Of a DNA stretch of 63,920 nt, positions 41,577 to 51,542 are shown piece after piece. Origin of the DNA: a virus (lineage: Duplodnaviria; Caudoviricetes); the IMG/VR virus record IMGVR_UViG_3300044464_000029, positions 1 through 63,920 of that record, one strand, 5' to 3'. The notes under the pieces were generated by a model. The model made no database searches and was not told where the DNA came from. It worked only from the letters and a program-made list of their open reading frames with translations. The translations under genes were made by a program, and so were the position numbers. Position 1 is the stretch's first letter. Every line of letters begins with the position of its first letter.

Positions 41577-43748
41577 ATGGCCACACCTCCTACCGTTGTA
41601 AGTAGTGGTGTATTAACTGGGTCAACTTCATGGGGAACTGATAAACCAAAGACAGCTTCCGTGACTGTCGCCTCTGGTAACATACTAGTAGTGTGTGGTA
41701 TTGGAGGCGACTACGGTAGTGCGGGTGATGATTTCTCAACCCCCACAGGGGGCGGACTCACTTACACATTAGCGCAACAACATCAGCTAACTCTAAACTC
41801 ATTTCCATGGACTTGGACCGCAATAGGTAATAGCTCTACACCATTCACATTGTCTTTGACTGTACCAACAAATTCACCAAGATATGGTTGCTTCTACGTA
41901 GTTCTATCCGGGTCTGATGGTGTTGGTGCAAGTGATAAAAACAACGGGTCCGGCGCTTCTACCGTAAGCTTAACAACTACTCAGGCCAATTCACTAGTGA
42001 TTTGTTCTGTGGGAGACTGGGATGCTACCAATGGTGATGCGACAAGAGTATATCGAACTGTAAATGGTATAACACCTGTTCGTGCTGGTGCTGGTGAAGT
42101 TACTTATAACAGAACTAGTGGTGAATATACAGCTTATGGTGCGTATTGGACAGATGCTGGTGCTACTGGTTCTAATGCCTATGGTTTCACTACGCCATCG
42201 GCTGGTGTCAAATATACCACAATTGCAATTGAAATCAAAGGTTCAGCTGCTGGTGGCACACAAACAATTAATGCAAATGGAATAGTGTCTGGTGAAGTAT
42301 CTGGTACGGCAACGATTTCAGCAACTTATACAGTAGATGCCAATGGTGTAATATCTAATGAAGTAGCTGGTTCACCTACAGTTTCTGCTACTTATAACAT
42401 CGTTGATAATGGAATTACATCTGGTGAAACTATCGGAGCTGCCACATTAACTACTAATTACACAGCTAACGTAAATGGTATAGTTAGTAGCGAAACACCT
42501 GGTTCTCCAACTGTAACATCAATTTACAACATTGGCGACACTGGTATTGTTACTGGTGAAACGTTTGGTTCTCCAACAATAACTACAACTTATACATTAG
42601 ATGTACAAGGAATAATTAGCCAAGAAATTACTGGTAACAATCAAGCAGTTGCTGGTGCTGCAACTATTCTTGCTAATGGCATTGTTAGTCAAGAAATAAC
42701 TGGCACACCAAGTATAATAAACGCATTCTCACTTAACACTGATTACATTGGAAGCAGCGAAAGATTTGGTGCTACTGCTGTTACAGCCGGAGATGCAACA
42801 ATAGCTGCTGGTGGAATTGTAAGCCAAGAATATATTGGTGATAATCAACTAACAACTACAATTACAATTGCACTAAATGGAATTGTCAGCCAAGAATTAT
42901 TTGGCACCGCTACAAGTACTGCATCGGTTGATGCTAATGGAATAGAATCTGAAGAGAATTTTGGTTCTCCAGCTATAACAACTACAGCGACGATAAGTGC
43001 AAGTGGTATAATTTCTAATGAGCTTTATGGCAACAACAATGTTTCAACGGGTATTGCTCCTGTAACGGTTGATGGGATCGCAAGCCAAGAACTTTTTGGC
43101 AGTCCAATACTGTCGGCAACTTATACAGAAAATGCCAATGGTATACCAACAAATGAACAATTTGGTGCTACATCTATTACAACTATTTATACACTAAATA
43201 CAGAAGGAAAGACAACAGATGAAAAATTTGGTTCCGCAGTAGTATCTGCAACCTACAGTGCTGCAATAGCTGGAATAGATTCTACAGAGAAATTCGGTTC
43301 ACCAACAGTTACGCCAGGTAGTTTGACAATAAATGCTGGTGGAATCAATTCTGATTCTAGCTTTGGTTTACCAAGTTTTGCTGAAACTGTCACCATAAAT
43401 GCTAGTGGCATTATATCCACAGAATTATTTGGACGGCAGGTAGTAGGAGCCACCTACGAGTTAATTGGGTCGGGAGTCGAGAGCTCGGAGCGGCTAGGCA
43501 ACGCGCTGGTGATGGCAGGATCGTTCACTGCCTCTGTTAGTAGTGCGGTTAGCGGCGAGATTTTCGGCAATGCCACAGCAGTACTAGGAGAAGTTCCACA
43601 AAGCATATTTGCGAATGGAATTAAAACTAGCGAATTTGTTGGTACACCACACACTGGCAAGCAAGTATCAATAGATGCAGTAATGACTCTACCAAGCGAC
43701 ATAATTTCTATTGTGATGGAAGACGATGTCTTGGTCACAATAAGCTAA
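41577..43748 (+). CDS. Tail fibre/adhesin with tandem ~22-aa GIxSxExFGxPT repeats
   Basis: About 20 degenerate repeats visible in the C-terminal two thirds. Confidence 0.75.
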   Translation: MATPPTVVSSGVLTGSTSWGTDKPKTASVTVASGNILVVCGIGGDYGSAGDDFSTPTGGGLTYTLAQQHQLTLNSFPWTWTAIGNSSTPFTLSLTVPTNSPRYGCFYVVLSGSDGVGASDKNNGSGASTVSLTTTQANSLVICSVGDWDATNGDATRVYRTVNGITPVRAGAGEVTYNRTSGEYTAYGAYWTDAGATGSNAYGFTTPSAGVKYTTIAIEIKGSAAGGTQTINANGIVSGEVSGTATISATYTVDANGVISNEVAGSPTVSATYNIVDNGITSGETIGAATLTTNYTANVNGIVSSETPGSPTVTSIYNIGDTGIVTGETFGSPTITTTYTLDVQGIISQEITGNNQAVAGAATILANGIVSQEITGTPSIINAFSLNTDYIGSSERFGATAVTAGDATIAAGGIVSQEYIGDNQLTTTITIALNGIVSQELFGTATSTASVDANGIESEENFGSPAITTTATISASGIISNELYGNNNVSTGIAPVTVDGIASQELFGSPILSATYTENANGIPTNEQFGATSITTIYTLNTEGKTTDEKFGSAVVSATYSAAIAGIDSTEKFGSPTVTPGSLTINAGGINSDSSFGLPSFAETVTINASGIISTELFGRQVVGATYELIGSGVESSERLGNALVMAGSFTASVSSAVSGEIFGNATAVLGEVPQSIFANGIKTSEFVGTPHTGKQVSIDAVMTLPSDIISIVMEDDVLVTIS

Positions 43749-43749
43749 A

Positions 43750-43773
43750 GGCCGCCTACTAATGTAGGCGGCC
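43750..43773. terminator. Terminator hairpin between convergent modules
   Basis: GGCCGCCTAC-TAAT-GTAGGCGGCC perfect 10-bp stem. Confidence 0.8.
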
Positions 43774-43797
43774 AATAGTTTGTCTATATTCAAAAAT

Positions 43798-44175
43798 TTA
43801 GCATGGTCGAGCAAGAGAACGGCATCCAATCACAGTGCCCGATTTGTTTCTTACTTCAAGATATGGCACTAAGAAGTCTAACCTGCCGACAGCTAATGCA
43901 GTAGCAAGAGATACAATATAGTAGGTACCTGTTACCTGTGGGGGTGTGCTTGATAAATGTCCATATTCAATACGTTCTATATTAATTTCATCAATCTTGT
44001 ATGAACCAAGTTCGATTTCTACAAGTCTCGCTGGTGGATATTCTGTTGATTTTGGAATTATCTTGCACCAACTAATGATCCATTTGTCTGTTGCTTCGAT
44101 CCAGCCTTCACCTTCCAAGATTGGATGATCTGCTGGAAAGATCACTATAGGATGTGGAGTTAAATTTATTAGCAT
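43798..44175 (-). CDS. Conserved phage hypothetical protein
   Basis: LINLTPHPI N-terminus and VIGCRSL C-terminus. Confidence 0.7.
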   Translation of the reverse strand: MLINLTPHPIVIFPADHPILEGEGWIEATDKWIISWCKIIPKSTEYPPARLVEIELGSYKIDEINIERIEYGHLSSTPPQVTGTYYIVSLATALAVGRLDFLVPYLEVRNKSGTVIGCRSLARPC

Positions 44176-44528
44176 GCTTCACCGTTAATGGTTGCTCTTG
44201 GACTACCAAGATATGGTCTAAGACAGGCAGGACATATTGCTGGATTGTTTACTGCGGTAGAAGTTTCAAGTGATTCTACCCAAGTCAATGCTACATTAGC
44301 AACTTGGATAAGCTCCTTGACAAGATGATCCTTGCCTTCATCTCCATCATAAGTAAGAGCTCGACCAACTTCACCTATCTCTTCAACCAAGGCAGCGAGT
44401 TTAGCCAGCGTACTCATATTAGGATCGAAGATTGAACCACCATGGTCTTTGTGCTTTATGTGTGCTCTTATTGACTCAGCTCTGACTGCCTGTAGAGTCA
44501 AATCAGACAACATTAGTAAATCATCCAC
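44169..44528 (-). CDS. MazG-like nucleotide pyrophosphohydrolase
   Basis: LVEEIGEV...KELIQVA motif. Confidence 0.75.
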   Translation of the reverse strand: MDDLLMLSDLTLQAVRAESIRAHIKHKDHGGSIFDPNMSTLAKLAALVEEIGEVGRALTYDGDEGKDHLVKELIQVANVALTWVESLETSTAVNNPAICPACLRPYLGSPRATINGEAC

Positions 44529-44977
44529 TATAAATTTTCCTTCAACTTCTGAAGTGTTGTTTCATTGAAGATTTTGTTATGTTTCATTTCATAAGACATC
44601 ATTAAACGCATGGCATCGTTACCGTGAACATGACCTTTGTTGAACACGTTTACAACCTTAAGTTTTCGGTCATCCCAAAAACCTTTACCATACGCTGGTG
44701 TAACTAGAATCTTATCAATGTACTTTAATTGACAATAAAGCTCAATTACACCAATGAACTCTACACCTGTAAAAACCACACCAGTCATTCCCTGACGGAA
44801 ATGGAACTGTTCATAGATGACTAGTTTTGGTTGTAGATTACAAAGCATATCATATAATGACTCATGCGGATGCGGGTACTCATCTGGTCTAATATGAAAA
44901 GATCGATATCGTCCATCTTCTTTAGTTGCTACTCCTGTGGTGGTTCCAGGATCTAACGCAACAATTTCAACTGACAA
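44528..44977 (-). CDS. RuvC-like Holliday junction resolvase
   Basis: IVALDPGTTTGVA, VIYEQF and HGNDA acidic motifs. Confidence 0.75.
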   Translation of the reverse strand: MSVEIVALDPGTTTGVATKEDGRYRSFHIRPDEYPHPHESLYDMLCNLQPKLVIYEQFHFRQGMTGVVFTGVEFIGVIELYCQLKYIDKILVTPAYGKGFWDDRKLKVVNVFNKGHVHGNDAMRLMMSYEMKHNKIFNETTLQKLKENL

Positions 44978-45647
44978 GTTAGCTCCTTATATCTTATAAA
45001 ATTCTAATCTAAGTTTAGCTTCTTTTGGACCACCATATAATCCTCGTTCGTATGATAAATCCATACTAAACATTTTACCCCCAAAAGCAACGTTATCCGA
45101 TTCAATCAAAATGACTTCAGTTTCAAGATCTCTAAGATCAATCTTTATTACCTTTGGAGATTCTTTACGCTTATTAAACAATTTCCTCATATAAGTCACT
45201 CATATCTTGTGCACTCTGTGTGAATGATATTAGACCGCGTGTGATTACTACGTAAGTACCTATAGGAACCAATCTAAACGCGAAAGCCGAAAATATTCTT
45301 AATACATCATCGATGAGAGTATATTCAACTTCCTTTTCTACAAGGAGATCTATCATCGGCTGTTGATTCTGTGGATCCCACTGAACAGCATTGACAATTT
45401 CTGGCTTCTTCTCGTAGAGTGTCACGCGGCAACCCTTCCTTTGGTGGAATATCTGATCTGTCGATTCTTAACTCTAATAGCTTCGGTCTCTGCAAAGAGC
45501 TTTGCTTGTCCATCGCAATCACCACAGCCACAGAGTTTAGCAATGGTTGCAGTTGTATGACAGGTCCAGCAATGTCCGCTATTTGCTAGACAACACTTAC
45601 AACTAGTACACAATGCGGCTATCACTTCGCCACCAACTGTTGGAAGT

Positions 45648-46250
45648 TTATTCATTTGATCCTCCTGACGCTCTGGCAGCTTCAACTATATCCTTAGTAG
45701 TTGCCGTCGTAGTAGCATCACCAGCTTCTACAATCTCTGGTGCATTAACTGGATCTGGGACAAGGACTGCGACTCGTGCATTTGCAGTTACTGCCGGTCT
45801 GGTCCACAAAGCCTGGACAATAGCTAGCACCGTTGCAATAAAGCCGATCAAAGAATTAGGTACTTCTGGTGAAACCAAAATTCCAAGTGAAGACAGCAAT
45901 AGTACTGCTGCCATAATCAAACCCCGTAATAGTGTTGGATCCAAATGAACTAGCTTCCACCAAAATGTGTCTGTGGGCTCTTCCACTTTATGTTCCTCTT
46001 CTCTATATACTGGCATGATTGAATCAGATACTAGCTCAATCATTCTAACCTGTTCACTGATTTGAAGATATCTTGGATGCTGATAGAAAGTCTCATAGAA
46101 AATAAATTCTATGTTTTCGTTCTTCAATACGCCATGCAGTTGCTCTTCGCTATTAACATATACAAAACTCTGAGATCTCGGATTTACTCCATTTTGCTTG
46201 GCACAGTACATTGCATGTGACAAATTAGCTGCAAAAATATAATATCTCAT
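45648..46250 (-). CDS. Holin-like membrane domain (internal GTG 45986 with GAGGA RBS) in frame with an upstream soluble domain
   Basis: Two hydrophobic helices then WTRPAVTANARV, similar to actinophage holins. Confidence 0.5.
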   Translation of the reverse strand: MRYYIFAANLSHAMYCAKQNGVNPRSQSFVYVNSEEQLHGVLKNENIEFIFYETFYQHPRYLQISEQVRMIELVSDSIMPVYREEEHKVEEPTDTFWWKLVHLDPTLLRGLIMAAVLLLSSLGILVSPEVPNSLIGFIATVLAIVQALWTRPAVTANARVAVLVPDPVNAPEIVEAGDATTTATTKDIVEAARASGGSNE

Positions 46251-46600
46251 GATGAGTAACAATCATCATACACAATATCTCCAAAACCTACAAACATTTT
46301 GTTGCCTGATTGTAGAGATGGAACATGTGGAACAACAGTGATTCTATTATTTCTTGCATAGACAAGATCCGCTTTTAGTACATTCATTTCTTTGTCATAA
46401 AATGACACCATGCCAGATACTTCATTTAGGAAATTATCCATGGGAAAACTTAGAGTCCAGAAACCTCTGCCATATGTAGTTGTTCTAGCGAATTCAATCC
46501 ATATTGAAAGACTTCTGCTCATATCATAGACGCCGTTTATAGATCCATTGGCTATCGTTGGATGTATTTGTGATCCAAGCCATACTGGTATATACTTCAT
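46247..46600 (-). CDS. Stand-alone homologue of the C-terminal domain of minor tail protein 36159-37211
   Basis: PTIANG...TTTYGRGFWTLSFP vs PAIGNG...TTTYGGANFWTLSLP. Confidence 0.6.
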   Translation of the reverse strand: MKYIPVWLGSQIHPTIANGSINGVYDMSRSLSIWIEFARTTTYGRGFWTLSFPMDNFLNEVSGMVSFYDKEMNVLKADLVYARNNRITVVPHVPSLQSGNKMFVGFGDIVYDDCYSS

Positions 46601-46995
46601 AATCTCTCGATTTCACAATTTGGCATAAACATAAATCGTTCTACTTTTTTACCTATTCTTTCTGCATGATCCGCAGTCCAACCAGATCCATATGTCTTTG
46701 AAGCAAAGTGCCGAACACAGACAAGTCTGGTGCAAGTGCTAGCTATTTCAATATTGCGTGCTTTGTAACCGTCTGGTTCCCAACGTTTATTTTCTGGCAA
46801 GAAATTTCTGTAATGAACTTCTAGCAAATTGGCAATTTGAATTCCAATTGTATCCAAGCCTGATGCACCACCAGATATAACTTCGTCAGGTAGTTGTTCA
46901 CTTACATAGTTAGCCAGGAAATTGAATGCCACGTAAGAGGCATGAGTGTCGCTTTCAAATTTGGTGCTTCCTACGATAGCTAGTATGTCACCCAT
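46597..46995 (-). CDS. SLOG-family (YspA/DUF2493-like) protein
   Basis: LAIVGS, ISGGASGLD and ARN motifs. Confidence 0.75.
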   Translation of the reverse strand: MGDILAIVGSTKFESDTHASYVAFNFLANYVSEQLPDEVISGGASGLDTIGIQIANLLEVHYRNFLPENKRWEPDGYKARNIEIASTCTRLVCVRHFASKTYGSGWTADHAERIGKKVERFMFMPNCEIERL

Positions 46996-47642
46996 TATCC
47001 TTACCTACAGTTATTTCTTTCTTGGCCTTCAATTCATGCATAGCAATCAAACCAAGAACTTGATACCAAGGCATGTCGCCATTGGACATGAACATTGGAT
47101 ATTCTGTTACAACTACACCTTCAGGCCATAGCTGTTGCATCGTTGTTAATACAACGAAATTAACCAAAGTGTATTGACTAGCATGTTCTGGCATGTATGC
47201 TTCAAGACAACCTTGTATAGCTAAGGACAATACTTCGTCTGCCTTAACTTGCGCTTCATTTCTAACTTCAGTCATTGATTGCACCTACTAATTCGGTTTT
47301 GATAACTTCTCCTAGTAATTGCTCTTCATAATATTCTAATGGCATGATACATATATTCAATTCGAAATCCCAAATAGATCCTGATAGTGTGCAGAACACA
47401 TCCACAGAATGTCTCATCTTCACTAGATCTTCTGGTGGTGCATCTTTGTGTTCTTCACAACCAAAACCGCCAGGATGCAAACCTTCTTCATCAAGAGTGT
47501 CAAACATGAAATGAACCACCACAGGAAGCGCATCACAGTCTAAACTAGGATCGTAGGACTCGCCAGGAATACCACTGTTGTATCCACAAGAAGGTCTGTC
47601 TCTCAATGCACCAACTCGATTATCCATTACAACTCCGACCAT
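46988..47642 (-). other. Two hypothetical genes (46988-47284, 47268-47642)
   Basis: Overlapping minus-strand ORFs. Confidence 0.6.
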
Positions 47643-50600
47643 CTTTTGCCAATTGACGCATCGACCACAAATGGTACGTAGTTGGTGAATGCTCGTCCTG
47701 CTGCTGTCATCTCTTCATTGATGATTGAAGTTACTTCATCTGCATCTGTTTCTTTGCATTCTACGATTAATGCATCATGGATTGTTAAACGTATAGTGGC
47801 TAAATCGTGTAGTCTCGGTTGTAGTTTAATAAGAGCGGTGAGGGTAATATCTGATGAGATGGATTGTGGTAGGAAGGAAAGAGCTTCGTTGATGACATCT
47901 GCTCGATTTTGGTCGGTAATAAGCCAGAAGGAACGCTTACGACCGAATGACGTCGTGAGATCTTCCCCAGCCAAGATCTTGTGCGTAATTGATGCTTGCC
48001 ACGATACCGTAGCTGGGATGAGCGCCTTGAAATTTGCAAGTAGTTCACGGGATTCCTCGATTGGTATTCCTAGTTCCGTTCCAATAGAGGCAGCACCTCT
48101 ACCGTAACTGTTGCCAGTCAAAACTGTTAACCCATTTTGATGCATAGTCCAAGTACCTAATTCAGTCTTTACACACCAAACATCTGTTTTACGTGGATTA
48201 TATCTGTGAATCATTTGCCCAGTAAGAATCGGTTTTGCGAGTCTATGTTTAAAATGATTTTTAGTTTGTGTTTCACTTGAATTATCCAAACGGGATTTTA
48301 CCAAATACCCTTCTAAATATCCAATAATTTTTATTACCTCATTTAACCAGCCACTACTTTGTGAAATTATATTGGTTGATTTTGTTCCTTCCGCTTGATC
48401 TACTGCATTAAAAAATGCTTTTCTTTGTAAGTTACTCATTGATAATGCAAATTGCACCGGATCACATTTATCGATCAAATTGGCTCTTATTAGTAAATCA
48501 CGAGCAGTTTCAGCAGGAATATTCCACCATACTTGCGATCTGTTTTCATATTCATACTTGGTATTATTGTATCCGATTAATAATTCATTAATTGTTTTAT
48601 AGTGCTCACTAGTTTTGTCTTGACAAATACGTAGCTTGACGCCTCTACGCCTGCCATCAAGACCTTGTGCTGTTGTATTATTGATTGATTTTATATCAAC
48701 ACTTCCATCACTATAAGCCCAACCCAAAATTGCAGCTTCTTGTTCAGTTATATCTATCTTAGAATCAGAATCAAAATCAAATGCTAATAACAATCGCGTA
48801 TCATTATTTATATTTTTTGTGGTAGTAAATTGTTGAACCCATGTACGCTTTCCATTTATACTTTTACGTTGTTCACTAATCCAACGGTGATTTGGTGTTG
48901 TTTCAAACGTAATATTGCTATGACCAAAACTATAAACATCTGCATCATTATAAGTTAGTACTTCTTCAATTTTGGTCCATCTAGACTTGGCCAAATTTTT
49001 ATCATATCCAATTGTTTCATCTACACCTGGTATAACTTTATCATAAGTTAGCCAACCACGGCGTGTCAAAATTTTTGTATCGATTGGCACACACAATCCA
49101 TAAAAGACAGATTTTATTTTTACTCGTTCTTCTTTGTTCCAGACACTTCCATAAATCTGTTCTGTTAATTCATTGAAGATATCTCGGGTTGGATCTCGGA
49201 AAATACTAGCCAAATATTCATCATGTGCTAGTGTAGTGATTACTCGACCTTCAGATTGCTTTTGATCAACTTGAATTAAAACATTTTCCGGATGAGATAC
49301 TGTAAATTGCTTTTTAATTCGCTTATCACGGACGATGTTTTGTAGGTTGGGATTCTTCGAAGCGAGCCGCCCCGATGTCGTCCCGTGTAATGTGTAGGTC
49401 GTGAAGACTCGGCCTTTATAGACTCGCTTCTGGAAGCCCTTAACATACGTTCCGTCGAGCTTCGTTCGCCTTCTGTGAAGTAGGAGTTGTTCAATGAATG
49501 TCCTTATGTTATCTTTCAATCCCTGACGTGCTAGGACAGCTTCCAATGTATCTGCATTAGTAGTTTCTAATCTAAAACCTTCATCAGCAAACCATTTTAA
49601 AATTTGCATCGGCGATCTAGGATTTAGATTCCTACCTGTGGTGCCTGATATTTGCACTTCAAGATCATATAGTTCTTTATCAAACATTTCATGCAGTTCT
49701 TCACTATATTTCTCATCAAAAGTAATGCCAGCCCGTTCCAAACCCATCAAAGCGTTGGAGGCTTGAATGAGAAAATCGTGTTGCTTTCGTTCTCTATCTC
49801 CAAACTTACTGGAGAACAACTCGTACAGATCCCAAGTTGCACCAACATCGAAAGCATTGTATTTATAAAGAATGTGCTTTGGAATTGCACCGTAATCTTT
49901 CCCACGGGGAATGTATTGCTTGATAGCTGCTTCCCAGTCTGGTGCTCCCAATAGTTCAATTGCAAGCTTCTTAAGTCCATGAAGTCCTGGCCGTTCATCT
50001 AGGCAATAACTCATGAGCATGGTATCCGCGAATAATTCTAATTCACCGAATACTGGAAACATACCATTCAGATCGAACTTACCATTATGTCCAATGAGTT
50101 TTTTAGTTCTGAAAAGCTTCTTAAGAACTTCAACAACACGTGCTACATATAGTGCAGCACCAGCAAATACAACTGCTCTACCACGGGCATACGCAATACC
50201 AACACAAAGTAAAGTGTAATGTTCAGGATGGGCGAAAGAAAAGTCTTTATCCATTCCTGCTTCGATGTCGATGATTAATGGACCATCAAGTTCCATTAGT
50301 CTATTGGCAGCTTCAATGATTGTGTCTTCAGTGGTGAACACACGATACTTTGGTTCATTCCATTTCTCGTATATTCTACCTTTTAGTTTTCCTGTATCTG
50401 ATACGAATGATGGAAAGTTATCAGGAGAACGTAAGCAATAAGCTGGGTGCCATGATGCTACAACTTTAACTTCTGGATTCTCAATGTATGGTTTAGGTGG
50501 GCCAACACGCAATGCTGAGATTTTCTTTTTCGGATCGATCAGCACGCTGGCTGCGGTACCACCTACAGCTAAAATCTTGTCTACGCCGCTGTGAGCCAGC

Positions 50601-50914
50601 TCCGCGTCCAGTCTGGGCTTGCAGGCGGCAACCGCTGCCTTGGGTGGATCATCGTTATTTTGTGGTCTACACAAACAGACATTTGTTACCATAACTTCAG
50701 AACGTTCGTATCCATGATGACTAAGTACTTGATCTAACAACCTACCCGACGGTCCTGTAAATGGAATACCTCGACCGGCTTCATAAGCACCTGGCGCTTC
50801 ACCTACTACCGCGAGCTTAGCTCTTGGCTGTGGGTTCTGTGTTGGAACAAATGGTGCTTTTTCAAATGGACATTTTTCGCAAATTGCTAATGGGTGTTTT
50901 CTGTGCACCGTCAC
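47627..50914 (-). CDS. Family A DNA polymerase with N-terminal family-4 uracil-DNA glycosylase domain and intein
   Basis: GEAPG, HPAY and Fe-S Cys pattern; exonuclease DIE, HNGKFD, YNAFD; TTSGRLAS.NPNLQN; motif B K..FYGL/SYG; TIHDA. Confidence 0.92.
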   Translation of the reverse strand: MTVHRKHPLAICEKCPFEKAPFVPTQNPQPRAKLAVVGEAPGAYEAGRGIPFTGPSGRLLDQVLSHHGYERSEVMVTNVCLCRPQNNDDPPKAAVAACKPRLDAELAHSGVDKILAVGGTAASVLIDPKKKISALRVGPPKPYIENPEVKVVASWHPAYCLRSPDNFPSFVSDTGKLKGRIYEKWNEPKYRVFTTEDTIIEAANRLMELDGPLIIDIEAGMDKDFSFAHPEHYTLLCVGIAYARGRAVVFAGAALYVARVVEVLKKLFRTKKLIGHNGKFDLNGMFPVFGELELFADTMLMSYCLDERPGLHGLKKLAIELLGAPDWEAAIKQYIPRGKDYGAIPKHILYKYNAFDVGATWDLYELFSSKFGDRERKQHDFLIQASNALMGLERAGITFDEKYSEELHEMFDKELYDLEVQISGTTGRNLNPRSPMQILKWFADEGFRLETTNADTLEAVLARQGLKDNIRTFIEQLLLHRRRTKLDGTYVKGFQKRVYKGRVFTTYTLHGTTSGRLASKNPNLQNIVRDKRIKKQFTVSHPENVLIQVDQKQSEGRVITTLAHDEYLASIFRDPTRDIFNELTEQIYGSVWNKEERVKIKSVFYGLCVPIDTKILTRRGWLTYDKVIPGVDETIGYDKNLAKSRWTKIEEVLTYNDADVYSFGHSNITFETTPNHRWISEQRKSINGKRTWVQQFTTTKNINNDTRLLLAFDFDSDSKIDITEQEAAILGWAYSDGSVDIKSINNTTAQGLDGRRRGVKLRICQDKTSEHYKTINELLIGYNNTKYEYENRSQVWWNIPAETARDLLIRANLIDKCDPVQFALSMSNLQRKAFFNAVDQAEGTKSTNIISQSSGWLNEVIKIIGYLEGYLVKSRLDNSSETQTKNHFKHRLAKPILTGQMIHRYNPRKTDVWCVKTELGTWTMHQNGLTVLTGNSYGRGAASIGTELGIPIEESRELLANFKALIPATVSWQASITHKILAGEDLTTSFGRKRSFWLITDQNRADVINEALSFLPQSISSDITLTALIKLQPRLHDLATIRLTIHDALIVECKETDADEVTSIINEEMTAAGRAFTNYVPFVVDASIGKRWSEL
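48110..49093 (-). mobile_element. Intein in polymerase motif B (328 aa)
   Basis: Starts CVPIDT, ends LTGN, +1 Ser; TPNHRW block B; degenerate LAGLIDADG (LGWAYSDG, VDQAEG). Confidence 0.88.
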
Positions 50915-50934
50915 ATTATCTCCAACAAGTTTTA

Positions 50935-51542
50935 TTAGAACATTTTAGCTTGCGTAATTAACCACAATGATGCACCCAGTAATAGCAAGCCAGGTAAAAT
51001 GCTGATGGTTGATTCTACAAAATCTTTAGTTACATAAAACAGAGTTACAAGTCGGTCATATATTGGAGCAAAAAATGTTACCATTAATAGTATTAGAGAA
51101 ACTACTTTGGCAACACGTGCCGCTCTTTTACGCTTGACTACGCTGTGCTTGCTGCTATATGATAATCTATGTAGAAGACTTCCACCCGTGTGATATAAAT
51201 CTGGACCGAGCATATTAGCGAATGCATGTGTGGACATTACGTAGTTACCTTCTCTGCGGAAGAGCCATACATGGCTCCATCATTTGATATAGTTTCGACC
51301 TGAGTCCAGACTACACCCTCTCCATTAACATAATGCTTACAAAGATCATCTGCAAGCCAATCGCAAATACTATAAATACCATCTGAAGTAGTGTAAGAGA
51401 GTTTGTAATCTTTTAGGAATTTATATACTTGTTGTTTTAGATCTTCAACTGCAATATGATCAATGTTTCTTGGACCGTGTAATCGTACTGAAAAATCCGT
51501 AGATAAATATCTTAATCTTACGCCAATGTATGGCATTCTCAT
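50935..51542 (-). other. Two hypothetical genes (50935-51237 membrane, 51237-51542)
   Basis: Overlapping minus-strand ORFs. Confidence 0.6.

Noticed and set aside
46247-46600. DGR template repeat for the tail protein
   Set aside because: Similarity is only at protein level, not near-identical DNA differing at adenines; no reverse transcriptase.
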